64,000 nucleotides of DNA. Origin: Eledone cirrhosa. Its lineage: Eukaryota. The stretch lies in contig OZ024740.1 in assembly GCA_964016885.1 (NCBI GenBank), positions 194,184,001-194,248,000 of the forward strand, written 5' to 3'. The notes under the pieces are model-generated. The model was given only the letters and a program-made list of their open reading frames with translations, made no database searches and was not told the origin of the DNA. Numbering within the stretch: the stretch's first letter is position 1; the number at the start of each line of letters is the position of its first letter. Below are positions 1-12,610 of the stretch, one piece after another. The translations under genes were made by a program, and so were the position numbers.

Positions 1-3000
1 ATCGTTCGGCTTACCAGTACATTAAAAGGATAAGTTCTAAAGATAATGTAGTCTTAGATTTACCGTTCTTTAGAGACGAACTGAGTGGTCTTATCTGCCA
101 TGCCTATAGTAATTGATCAATCGAATTAATGCTGTCATGGAGATAAATAAAAGTATCTACAATTAATATCTAATCACATAGCCTCATAGAATTTACTTTC
201 TTAAACAATAGTTCACGTGTATGTATGCATCTACCGCGTTATCCACAAGCTGTGATAAAGTGTCAATTAAGATGTCTTCTGAATTGCCCTTATAACTAGA
301 TAAGGTTGTACAGGATGTTTCTAATAGCAATCTCTAAACTGAACGTATTAATCTTGTAAAATTCAGTTGTCATCAATGAATGGATTAATGTCTGTTGAAA
401 GTTTAATTTAGCTATCAAAATTGCGTAAGAGTGTAACGGGAAAAGGACTTAAATTTCGAGTTAATTAAAGCATATTTTCAATGCTGAAAATAAATATATT
501 TCAAACACCATTTATATTCTTGTGTATGTACGAATCATTTCTATCGTTTATCGTGTACAATGTCCTTATTTTTCTCATTAATTCTCATAAAATTGTTCAG
601 ATATTCGTAAATACGTTTTCCAAATTAAAATGTTTTATGTAACCAATGTAAACACATGTAACGTTTCAGAACTGTATGTAGTATGGTTAATTTGAATGGC
701 ACTTACAAAAGAGTTGGTGTTTTAATGGTGCCAAATATATTAAAGCATTTTGCTACTGCAAATAAAGTGATTAACGCGTTCTGATTTAAGTAGCAGTGAA
801 ACATAATATTTTAAATACACATTTGAGAATTCAGGAAATTATGGTTATAGTTGCTTTTGACTTTGCACTCATCAGATATTTTAAGGTTATCTTTCTATTC
901 CCAATAATTCATTTATGTGCCTCCTCAACGTTTAGTATGAAATAGGTTTATATATCTAGACCGGGGTGTCACTTTAAACGTTTGCATTGTATCATTGTGT
1001 CATTATTGTATTCTAATGCTCGGCGTACCGACATATGATCGCAACAGAGTGGATTTGTTGTTCTTAATGAAATTCTAACAGTAAATTTCATATTAAGACA
1101 AGTAAATGATATATATTCTGGATTGTTTATTGATGGCTTTTGTCGATTATGTTTTAGAAGCTCTAACACGTTTTCTGTTCAGATTATTCCATTATGTCAA
1201 TAATAACTGGTTGTATCCTGAAATTACTGACTTGGTTCTTAAATTAGAAACCACGATTATTAATTTAGAAGGCGGTGAGCCATTGGGGAAATTGTTAATG
1301 GCATTGGACAAAATGCCTTGTCTTATTTGTTCTGCCTTTATTTCCCGAGGTCAAATCACGTCGATGTGACATATACTATTCATGCTTCCGGTATCGATAT
1401 AATGATGTACCAATCAAGTATTGGAATTGATTTAATTTACTTCCCTACCCCACTTAAATTGTTGGTCTTGTGTCTAAATTAGAAACCGTTACTAACAACA
1501 TTTCATATACATCTTCATTGAAATTCACCTTAAAAAAATGTAACGACTCTCTGACGTTATCATCCATATAAATGTTGGCGTACCCAACTTCATCTGGAAA
1601 TCCTTACATACTATAATGTATGCACTGAAGTTAAATGTATAACGAAATTTGCGTTTATAGAATATAACAAGTTTACACAAGTTCTGATATATTGATAACA
1701 AAATCTAGTTAAACAGTGGATTTCGCTGAAAGCTTTAAAGCTACGCTTCATGTAGGTTACCTTAGAAAAATAAAGATATGATAGCATTTACACAGTTAAC
1801 GATTTGTTCTTTGCTAAGTATTTTTATATTATGATCGCTACTTGCGTTTACAGAAATATATCTATCTTTCAAACATTTACTTTATCTTACATGTATCTAA
1901 GCATTGATGTATCAATATTATCTTCTACCAAAGTTTTTTTTTCTGAATTGTCTAGTGAAAAGTCAAATCTTTTCGAAACTAAAATAGATCTCAAAATTAC
2001 ATGCGGAAATCGAGTATTTGAACTATATTTGTTTCTAAGCATATGATTTGTTTTTATGTACCATTATACTTCATACATACTTTACATTGAGATTTATATT
2101 AACCATATACCAGGTGTATTCCCTTGATGCGCATAATACAAACTATACTTCAGAAGTTAGAGTCTCTGAACAGAAATAATGTTTTATTCTAGGTGAAATT
2201 AAATAGTTCGCTTCTGTACTGCAGGTTTTCATTTTAGAAGTGTGACAAATAAATGTTTAGGCGATTCAAAGGTTTTTCGATTTAAAATGAAAGAATCGCA
2301 ATTTCTCGTTGGAGTGCATATTTTAATCATCTTTTTATCATATGTGACATTATCAATACAAAGGACAAAATAAACACTTCCAAACATGATCTTCATCCCA
2401 GCTCGGTAAAATCCATTTCAATACTGATTTGGTCGATTTAATCCAATCAGTTGTAGCTATATATATGTTTTCAATGGCGAAATAAGCATTCAGTAATTTT
2501 ATCACACCGTGATGCTGAAGGATTTTCGAACAGTTCTACACTCGACTATTTTCACAGAATTCATGATTTTCATTTTCATTCCCATTCTCGGGATTTAATA
2601 ATTAATAGAATTTGATTTGCAATTATTGAAAGTTAACATAGTTATCTGCGTTTGATTTTTCGATTTTGTATTAACATTAACATATATAATGTTTTGATAT
2701 TAACATATATACTATAATGAATATGACACACCTGCAATAACATGCATCATATATCTGTGCTATAAGAGAACATTTTATTCTGACAGTGTCTGTACAGATA
2801 CAAATTATATATTATTTAGAGACGTTGCTTGCCCATACCCAGACATTTCAAAATACAAATGTTTTTTTTTTCATTGTCCATTATTAATAGAGTGGTCCAT
2901 CATTCATTAATGGCCTACGGACTGGCTGCTACAGGTTTGGCACACAGATTCTTATAGTATACAATGTTACGAAAAGCGTTATCCACATGTACCTACCTGA

Positions 3001-4800
3001 AAATTGCCCGCAGAGATAGTTTGGTATTTAAGAAGTTCGTTAAGATTTCAGATGCTCGTTATAACGGGTTTTGTTGTTTTAGAATAAATCCCTGTGGGGA
3101 AAGAAATATTGAAATATTCGATGACGGAAAGACTTAGCATGGATGTACTTACAGTTCCAAAATGTTTCTTTACAATATGCCCGGTAGGAATATGTAAAAT
3201 TGGTTTCTTATATTAAGCAGGTAGGTACTAAATAATGCAATAGAAAATGTACTTGTTGGTTTTGAGAAGGGATAAATGTTGCGAAAGTAGGCAATAGTAT
3301 TTGCTACAGAGAGTGCAAGGTTATGAAAACAATTGAATTGTTCGCTTTGATAGCACAGTTAATGTAGTTTCAATGTATGGATTAATGCCACATAAGAAAG
3401 GAACACTAAATAAGGTACCTTCAATTCCGAGTGTACCATATATGCTAACTGTTGCAATCATAGCGGTCAGACAAGATCGTTCGAATCTTCAGATAAACTT
3501 TAAAATATACAAAATGTTAAGTATAACCTTTCGTATTAATGACAGTTAAAAGAGTTCATTTTGATAAAGACAGAATTCTATTCAAACGCAGGTATTATAT
3601 TTTACAAGGGAAATGGGTTTTACAGCATAATAGGGAGAAAAACGGTGTTAAAATAACACCATTTGTAATCAATATTTAAAAGAGGATGTGGATTGCTATT
3701 TTCAGTCTGCACCTCTTGAAAGTGTTTAATAAATGTTGTGTGTTTTCGCGTATAATTAGCATATGTAATGCATAATCATATCATTATGAGCTGAATAAAC
3801 GAAAAAATGTATTTTAGATTGTTCTGTATATATATAACACTTTTGTGTTCAGCTTGTATTATATTCTCGCCTACGTAGGAGGATAAAGCTGATTAGAGAT
3901 GGGAGAGAAATGTTAGTGAATAAAGTGTGAGTATAAGTTAGAAAGGACCTATAATCAAATTTAGTGTAAGCTAAACGTAACTTATGATGAAATATCTACC
4001 TTGCAAAGCACATCATATGGTATGTAGCTGGTTAACTTCTCCCAAGGACAAACTGGTGAACACATTAGTGCGGAGGATGGCGACTGTCCCTAAAAGAAAC
4101 AGTCCATTTCATGGGAAGATGTATATATCTAAAAGTACGGAGATAAATATGAAATCTTATAACACTTTATTTCTAACTACTACTACGTTTTAGAATATGT
4201 AGGCCTGCTATAAATTATTCCATTTGACCTTCGTTTATTCCTATTGTAAAACTCACTTCATTGATTACTTTAAAAACAATACACATGGTTTCTAAACCAG
4301 CAGCTGTATCTGCCAATAAATTTCACATTTCCAATTTTCATAGCGGACCCAGGCACGCTTCATTCGGTAAGAGTTGGCGTCATTGATGAAGATTATCATC
4401 ATGAAGAATGGTAAATGACAATCAATGCTGGTTAGAAAAATAGAATAGTACAAAAGTTAACTCTAAAAGAATATATGTTGGTTAAATGAATATCCAGCTT
4501 GTGGTACTAATCTAATCTACCTCTACAATTACCACCGATGATAATGGAGTGGATTATGGTGTTAGTTTTTGTGGTGGTGATACTTTTGAATATTAAATAT
4601 AAATCACAGCAAGCTGTTATAGACATACACACATGAATGCACATGTAGTTACCGCATATGCATGTGTATGTATATAGACATACACACATGCATGCACATG
4701 TAGTACCGCGTATGCATGTATATGTACATGTATGGATGTGTGCATGTATATATTTAATTTTGTTGAATTCAATTACCTCTGTAATATATTTACATTATTC

Positions 4801-4948
4801 TTTCCAGCATAGTTACGTCCCTTTACGATCTGAGTTCAAATCTCGCCGGGGTTGACTTTGCCTTTCACCCTTACGGGGTCGATAAAATAAAGTACCAGTA
4901 ATGCACTGGGTAATTTGCTGGCGTTGTGCCTAAAGTAGAAACAATTAT
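4801..4948 (+). mobile_element. tRNA-derived SINE family A, 5'-truncated copy
   Basis: B-box 'gagttcaaatc' plus body 'gttgactttgcctttcacccttacggggtcgataaaataaagtaccagt...agaaacaatt'. It interrupts the first block of the neighbouring repeat, with a short 'ttattct' duplication. Confidence 0.85.
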
Positions 4949-4949
4949 T

Positions 4950-5815
4950 CTTAACTCTGAAGCCGAGGATCAATCGGTTTCCTAAATAGAATGTTAGTCT
5001 ACGACTTCAGTACTACCATAAACGTGGTTTTCTCTTTGCGTGTAATTGTTCTCATCAATTCACATAATGACGTATTATCTTCGTTTTTTCCGTTCATTGC
5101 CAGAGAACGGCTCAACAACCACCTAATAGAATATTCGTCTACGACATCATTTATACCATAAACGTTGTTTTGTCTTTGCGTGTAATTGTTTTCCCCGCTC
5201 CAAATAATGACGTATTAGCTTCGTTTTTTTCCGTGTTTGGTTGATGTGCGTCTCTGAACATTTGTGTATTTACATGTAGGTATGTGTGTGCGCTTGTTAT
5301 ATACGTATTTATTTATTTATATACATTTATGTAATTATTTGTATACACGCACACACACACACACACATATTTATATGTGCTTGTATTTGTATACCTATGG
5401 CGAGTGTTTTCGCGTATGCTTGTGTATGTACGTATTTGGATGCGTGTATATATTTTAATTTCAATTACCTCTGTATTTTATTTACTTTATTCTTAACACT
5501 GAAGCGGAGAATCATTCGGTTTCCGAGTTAGAATTTTAGTCTACGACTTCAGATATACCATTTACATGGTTTTGTCTTTGCGTGCAATTGTTCTCCACGC
5601 TCCACATATGACGTATTATCTTCGTTTTTTCCGTTCATTGCCAGAGAACGTCTCTATGAACCACCTAAGAGAACATTAGTCTACGACTTCTTTTATACCA
5701 TAAACGTGGTTCTGTCTTTGCGTGTAATTGTTTTTCACCGCTCCAAATAATGATGTATTGTATTCGTTTTTTCACGTTCTTTGCCAGGGAACGTTTCCAC
5801 GAACCAAAGTATCGT
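4950..5815. repeat. Nested tandem repeat: two blocks, each with two ~140-bp subunits
   Basis: The motif 'tagaat..tagtctacgac...accataaacgtgg..tgtctttgcgtgtaattgtt...aatgacgtattatcttcgttttttccg' recurs near 4988, 5128, 5530 and 5670. Both blocks are preceded by 'ttcaattacctctgta'. Confidence 0.8.
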
Positions 5816-6321
5816 CTTCCTGTCTTCCTCCAGTTGCAACTTTTTTGGAATATTCACTTCTGCGTTCACAGATTGACTTTGTTAGTTTCAGAAGATCCCA
5901 TTAAGGGTGAAAGCAGCGATTCTTTGCTTAAACTTTAATCTGTTATTTTAATGAATATTTGCTCTACGTTCTTATATATTTAATATATATTTATCCTTAT
6001 CGAGCCCTCTTTGGATTTTAGTCTTCAAATTTATTATTATTACTATATATATATATAAACGGAAAAAATGAAACGAAATTTCATTTCCCACTCTTAGTAC
6101 GGCTGTTAATTAAATATAAGTATGTACACGTACATACATATATGTATACAGACGTACAGTAGTATGTATATATATATACATACATGCACACATATATATA
6201 TGTACGTATGGATTCCCCGAACATTTATTATAATGCTCGGTGTGTTTGTAAACAAACATCCCGTATTAACCCATAGTGTCCAGCAACCATCGTTGCTCGT
6301 TTGTTCAACACTGACAAAGTA

Positions 6322-6364
6322 ACGCTGTACTAGTTTCAAGCTTATTACCTATCGTCAGCAACGT
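6322..6364 (-). ncRNA. Minimal type-I hammerhead ribozyme (unit 1; one stem II mismatch)
   Basis: Minus strand reads acgttg-CTGACGA-taggtaataagctt-GAAAC-TA-GTA-cagcgt. Confidence 0.75.
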
Positions 6365-6744
6365 ATACCTTACTGCCAGATTGTTGAACGTATATACTTA
6401 CCTTATGCATATTAACGGCTGAGTAGCCCAATTTTCATATCGAGCGGGTTAATCGGCCGGGTGCACCGAAAACGATGAACGGAAAAAATGAAACGAAATT
6501 TCATTTCCCACTCTTAGTACAGCTGTTACTTAAATATAAGTATGTAGACGTACATACATATATGTATACAGACGTACAGTAGTACAGCTATATATATACA
6601 TACATGCCCACATATATATATATGTACGTATGGATTCACCGAACATTTATTATAATGCTCGGTGTGTGTTGTAAACAAACATCCCGTATTAAGCCGTAGT
6701 GTCCAGCAACTATCGTTGCTCGTTTGTTCAACACTGACAAAGGA

Positions 6745-6787
6745 ACGCTGTACTAGTTTCAAGCTTATTAGCTATCGTCAGCAACGT
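6745..6787 (-). ncRNA. Minimal type-I hammerhead ribozyme (unit 2)
   Basis: Minus strand reads acgttg-CTGACGA-tagctaataagctt-GAAAC-TA-GTA-cagcgt: CUGANGA and GAAA cores, palindromic stem III ACUAGU, GUA cleavage triplet, 6-bp stem I. Confidence 0.85.
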
Positions 6788-7163
6788 ATACCTTCCTGCC
6801 AGATTGTTGAACGTATATACTTACCTGATGCATATTAACGGCTGAGTAGCCCAATTTGCATATTGAGCGGGTTAATCGGCCCGGTGCACCGAAAACGATA
6901 AACGGAATAAATGAAACGAAATTTCATTTCTCACTCTTAGTACGGCTGTTACTTAAATATAAGTATGTACACGTACATACATATATAATACAGACGTACA
7001 GTAGTATGTATATATATATACATACATCCCCACATATATATATGTACGTATGGATTCACCGAACATTTATTATAATGCTCGGTGTGTTTGTAAACAAACA
7101 TCCCGTATTAAGCCGTAGTGTCTAGCAACCATCGTTGCTCGTTTGTTCAACACTGACAAAGGA

Positions 7164-7206
7164 ACGCTGTACTAGTTTCAAGCTTATTAGCTATCGTCAG
7201 CAACGT
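7164..7206 (-). ncRNA. Minimal type-I hammerhead ribozyme (unit 3)
   Basis: Identical to the unit 2 motif. Confidence 0.85.
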
Positions 7207-7821
7207 ATACCTTCCTGCCAGATTGTTGGACGTATATACTTACCTTATGCATATTAACGGCTGAGTAGCTCAATTTTCATATCGAGTGGGTTAATCAGCT
7301 GGGTGCACCGAAAACGATAAACGGAAAAAATGAAACGAAATTTCATTTCCCACTCTTAGTACGGCTGTTACTTAAATAACGTTTATCGTTTTCGGTGCAC
7401 CCGGCCGATTAACCCACTCGATATGAAAATTGGGCTACTCAGCCGTTTGTCAGTGTTGAACAAACGAGCAACGATGGTTGCTGGACACTACGGCTTAATA
7501 CGGGATGTTTGTTTACAAACACACCGAGCATTATAATAAATGTTCGCTGCATCCATACGTACATATATATATGTTTGCATGTATGTATATATATATATAC
7601 ATACTACTGTACGTCTGTATACATATATGTATGTACGTGTACATACTTATATTTAAGTAACAGCCGTACTAAGAGGGGGAAATGAAATTTCGTTTCATTT
7701 TTTCCCTTTATCGTTTTCGGTGCACCCGGCCGATTAACCCGCTCGATATGAAAATTGGGCTACTCAGCCGTTAATACGCATAAGGTAAGTATATACGTTC
7801 AACAATCTGGCAGGAAGGTAT

Positions 7822-7864
7822 ACGTTGCTGACGATAGCTAATAAGCTTGAAACTAGTACAGTGT
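7822..7864 (+). ncRNA. Minimal type-I hammerhead ribozyme (inverted unit)
   Basis: acgttg CTGACGA(7828-7834) tagctaataagctt GAAAC(7849-7853) TAGTA cagtgt; predicted cleavage after 7858. Confidence 0.85.
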
Positions 7865-8067
7865 TCCTTTGTCAGTGTTGAACAAACGAGCAACGATGGT
7901 TGCTGGACACTACGGCTTAATACGGGATGTTTGTTTACAAACACACCGAGCAGTATAATAAATGTTCGGTGAATCCATACGTACTTATATATATGTGTGC
8001 ATGTATGTATATATATATATACATCCTACTGTACGTCTGTATACATATATGTATGTACGTGTACATT

Positions 8068-8126
<59 letters not shown>

Positions 8127-8154
8127 TGTATATGTATATATACTGTGTATATAT

Positions 8155-8365
8155 ATATCCTCCTCAGCATCAGGATGTGACTGGTGGTTGATCTTCGCTC
8201 TCTGAAGCCGTTCTGGTTGTCCCTGAGCTCCCTCTCCATCTTGGGCTGGATCCTGTTAAGAATCATCCTGTTGAGGGTCTTTGCCAGAAGTGACGTCAGT
8301 GAGATCCCCCTGTAGTTGTTGGTGTTAGAGAGATCTCCCTTCTTTGGCACTGGGACGATGTTACT
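8155..8365 (-). mobile_element. RTE-clade LINE fragment (N-terminal RT region)
   Basis: Translation [33 protein letters not shown]...[20 protein letters not shown] matches non-LTR RT domains 1-2. Confidence 0.85.
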
Positions 8366-9789
8366 GGGTATTCACTAATAGTTCTGTTGTTGTTATTGTG
8401 GTTGTTTCTGGTTGTCAAACATATAATTAAAGACGTTCTAGGCGTAACTATCCCGATTTTTAATGTATCAGGAACAACATGTTCACTTGCCTATTTTGCC
8501 CATGAAATTGTGATCTGAGATTCATTTGACTGCTCCTTCTATCAAGTAAGGCGATCATATAGAGACTCATTTGTTGCAGCTTGCTTATCATTATAATGAG
8601 AAAGTATTTTTAAGGGGTTTAACTTAACGTGTTTAAACATAAAGTAATATTTCAGAATCCTGAAATGCTTACAGGTTTCCAAAGGATTTGATATTTAGGT
8701 GTCAAAATGCAGTGGAAGTTTATTTACAAGAATCCCTTCAATTTCTGTTTTAAACCGATTTATTGACGTTAATATCCCGTAAAATGTTATCAACATAAAT
8801 AAAACCATTCTCTCTTCCATTTTTTTATAATTTTCCTGCATTGTATCTCTCCATACGTTCGTTATTCATGACCTTACAACTACTGGTATGTAGTTTCTAG
8901 AAAGTACCAATTCACCGAAATATATTATCTTAAAGAATTTTTCAACATTGTCGTATATTTGTTCCAATATATATTTCGTTCTTCCTGTTCATTTTCTTTT
9001 CTGTGATATGGCTTCGAAACATAGATATGACGCTTATGGATAGTTTTGATCCAAATTTATTTATATAAATTGATTTTCCTATCCAATGACTATAGAAATG
9101 TTGCATTATTGCTTATACCATTCATTACATAGATTTATAAACATATAAATGTCGTGTACAAAATAGCTTTAGGGCAAAGAGTAACATGATAACTATCGTG
9201 GTGTTCGTAGTTTCTATAAATTATTTATGTCTACTTTGCATCTAAGTATTTTCAGCCTAATAGAACTGTATCACTGTTATATATCTACACCTAGCTGCCG
9301 GTAGAGGGGTAACTAGGCAAGATACACAAGTATTATATTACGTAAATGTTTGCGATTATATCATTCATTAACTAGAACCGATGCATCTAAGAGTAACTTA
9401 GCCATTTGCTGATTAAAGATCGATAAAATAAGAACCAGATTCTAATAAGCACGTGAGTCGATATTATCAACTAGATTTCTTTGAGACTTTATCCAGCCTG
9501 AACATTTAAAAAACTATAGGTATAAAAAGATATATAAATATTATATATAGTTACATTTTTTAGATTTGTAATTTATAAGATAGAAACTACATACCATTTA
9601 ATGAGAATATATGTAGAGCTTTAATTATATGATGAGTAATACTAATTGAGTAGAGCTTTCCTAAGAAAGTTGCTCCTCGCATATGCGCACACATACTCTT
9701 TGTTTTTGTCTGCGCATATAATAGAAATATATTTGTATTTGAGTAATGAGCATTTTCACGAGAGTCGACCACAAATATTCTGAGGGTTT

Positions 9790-9910
9790 TATCGATCGAC
9801 AAGTTTCAACACATCATTCGCTATTCGAATGGGATGAAACTCGTCAAATTGGACCAGGGAAACAATGTTTCCATTGGTCTTTCTATCGATAAGACTACCT
9901 ACCGGTAATG
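9790..9910 (-). mobile_element. SINE family B, 3' fragment
   Basis: Reverse complement resembles the tail 'gaaagaccaa.ggaaacattgtttcc..ggtcc.atttgacga...gtcgatcgataaa' of the copies at 17980 and 58633. Confidence 0.65.
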
Positions 9911-11075
9911 GAAAAACCAATCGAAACATTCTTCTTTGATCTATTTTTTCGAGTTCTAAATTATTTAATTTAGGTGGACTCCTTTAGCCTTCTAGGCTAT
10001 TTTCTATTTTGGATCGTTTTAGTTGTTATGGATGTCGGCGAAGTTGTTAACGTTGTTGTTGTTGTTATTCTTCATTGAGTTGTTCTTGATATTATTTTTG
10101 GCCTTGTTTCTCAAGCCGGCCAACATACATTTTCCAACTGTAATTAGAGTACAAAGACCTGGAATTTATACTACAAGTTATTCTATTCTATGATCCTATA
10201 ATTCTACCAATTCGTCCCTGAACTTAAACTAAATATACGAAATTATTTAAGAAAAATTACAATCCTGTAGCATAACAGCATTATAAGACATGGGGCATAA
10301 CCTAGCGTATCAATAGATGCTTTAATCTACGAGGTAAACAAACATCTCATTCAATCAGGTAGTCAGCAGCAATAACCTCATTGAGTCAAGTAGTCAGCAG
10401 GAATAAATATTCCATTTTTTGTTTCTTATTTTATTAAGTAGCAGAAACAAATTCATTCTACTCGATTCATGCAAATAGAATGCCAAGCCCTGTATAACAG
10501 TTTGGAAATACATCAGATAGCATGTTGATAGTGGCAATTGGCAAGGCTGCAAATGTAATAACAAACTAATTCTGGTAGTTATAATGTCTTTTCTTTACCT
10601 TTGAATTTAACAATCGGTATCTATGACTACGCTTGACTCTATATATGTTTTATTCTTGTCTATCTCTACATTTAGCTATTTATATCATTCTTCTTCAACT
10701 TTGAACCAAACATTAATTCCTTTCTTTAGCTGGGGATTTATTTATTCATTTCCACAGTTGTGTAATGCATTAGTATCATCTCGTACGATCACATACAGAG
10801 AGAAGGACACTGTGAGCAAGTGAAAATATTTGTTGAAAACATCAGCAGTTTCTGGAGGATTAAGCCTGCTTGTCATTTATTAAGCAGTAGTTCATGCGAC
10901 GACCATCAGTTTAATTAGATGATCTCGGTGTCGTGAACAGCAGTGGCTTCACAGATGAATGACTATTAAATCGACAATGGTTTGGCACAACTGCTTCTGT
11001 TAGCGGAGAGATCTACGAGTATACATGTATGGCTAGCCATTAGAAAAAGCAAATAATTCATCTTCGATGGATGTA

Positions 11076-11150
11076 GAAGAAGAAGAAGAAGAAGAAGAAG
11101 AAGAAGAAGAAGAAGAAGAAGAAGAAGAAGAAGAAGAAGACGAAGAAGAA

Positions 11151-11182
<32 letters not shown>

Positions 11183-11231
11183 AGAAGAAGAAGAAGAAGA
11201 AGAAGAAGAAGAAGAAGAAGACGAAGAAGAA

Positions 11232-11263
<32 letters not shown>

Positions 11264-11320
11264 CGACGACGACGACGAAGAAGAAGAAGAAGAAGAAGAA
11301 GAAGAAGAAGAAGAAGAAGA
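11076..11320. repeat. Compound (GAA)n/(GAC)n microsatellite
   Basis: Alternating GAA and GAC runs; the block (GAA)n-GAC-(GAA)3-(GAC)n occurs twice. Confidence 0.95.
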
Positions 11321-12039
11321 GTTTCTTGATACTAAGCTGCTTTGTTCCTGTACATTTTAATTTCATAATCTACAGAGATTGGCTTTAAATTACTGATAAA
11401 TAGTTCTAGACGAATGCGTGGGTTAATAGGATTCATTATCACTTTCTACAGCAGAAAGCATCAGTGAAATTGCAGAAAATATATAGAATGCGATTTATAT
11501 TTTTTGGTCGTTTATTTACAAATCAATGTGACGAAAACTCTTAAAGATAGATCCTTTTACTTAGTTAATCAGAATCGGATACGACAACATCATGTTAAAT
11601 ATATCCTTTTGCACAATTTGACGCTATTTATATGCGATGTGGTTCCGAATTTATTTTATGCCACATAAAGCAGAAGCAGTAAAATACACAAGTAAAGACT
11701 ATAAAATCTTTCTGTACTTATTACAAATTATACCTGACAGCGAAAGCACTTTTCTTTACAAGAGAAATCTAACCTAAAAGTGTATACGACCTTTATAACC
11801 CTCAATAAATATAAATACAATATGTATTTAGCATCACAAAATCTCTGGAAAGATCTTCTTTGTTCACGTAAACCTGAGAGTATCATAGGAAAAGAATCCT
11901 CGAGCATGCCTCGCAGTGGGATCAGTCACAAGCAACTGTCTCCAGTTTATCCGACTGGATCCTAAATGACACCAAACGAGCTCATGGATATTATTCAACC
12001 ATATTGTTCGTGGTCACCCCACCCCCATGGGTCTTCTTC

Positions 12040-12610
12040 CCATACATTTTGAAAATTATGGCAATTCTACAATTACAGCCGCAAAGAATATCAACTTGAT
12101 GGCAAAAGATGAAGGTCTGTAAAGACTGCAATAAATCCTGTGATGAGCATATTGAGACAATTGACCACCTGGTTTTAGGCTGCAAAGTATTAGCTCCCCA
12201 GGAACGGGGCATGATAGAATGGGGCAATACTTACACTAGGTAATGTGCAGGTTTTATCGTCTGAAAAGGGTGAGAAAATGGTAAAACCATCACCCAGATG
12301 TAATAACAGGGGACGAGAACGTAACAACCCTATGGGATTTCCCTGTAGACACTGATAGAACGATCAAGGCGAGCAGACCTGATATAGTTATGGAGAACCA
12401 TAAAGAGAAATCATGTTTCTTAATTGACATGAGTATTTCATCGAAAGATTTCAGAAACCTCAGTACGTATAAAGATCTATCAATTTAAATTGAGAAAATA
12501 TAGCACCTTATGGCCTCTACAAGACCAGGAATAATCAACGCACTTGGAATGATAAAAATGGAACTGAAAAATATTTGGACCGGATACTTTGGAAGTGGAT
12601 GTGAGATCCA
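12040..12610 (+). mobile_element. Decayed R4/Dong-like non-LTR retrotransposon, 3' part (zinc knuckle plus restriction-like endonuclease)
   Basis: Frames read ETIDHLVLGCKVLA...LWDFPVDTDRTIKASRPDIVMENHKEKSCFLIDMSI...YKDL..EK, with stops and frameshifts. Confidence 0.75.

Larger units (their letters stand above)
6057..8070. mobile_element. Hammerhead-bearing ~420-bp tandem array (retrozyme/PLE pseudo-LTR-like); three direct units plus an inverted segment
   Basis: Units start near 6057, 6478, 6900 and 7319 (partial). Inverted copies run from ~7379 to 8070. No coding capacity; (TA)n on both flanks. Confidence 0.85.

Noticed and set aside
1-4500. Short ORFs and possible exons in the first 4.5 kb
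   Set aside because: No recognisable domains; only old SINE remnants near 1230-1500.
6057-7378. CRISPR-like or ordinary satellite interpretation of the repeats
   Set aside because: No unique spacers, eukaryotic context, and units carry a hammerhead motif and are dispersed.
11067-11360. Poly-Glu/Asp ORF (and poly-Phe/Val on the reverse strand)
   Set aside because: Pure GAA/GAC microsatellite with no flanking coding context.
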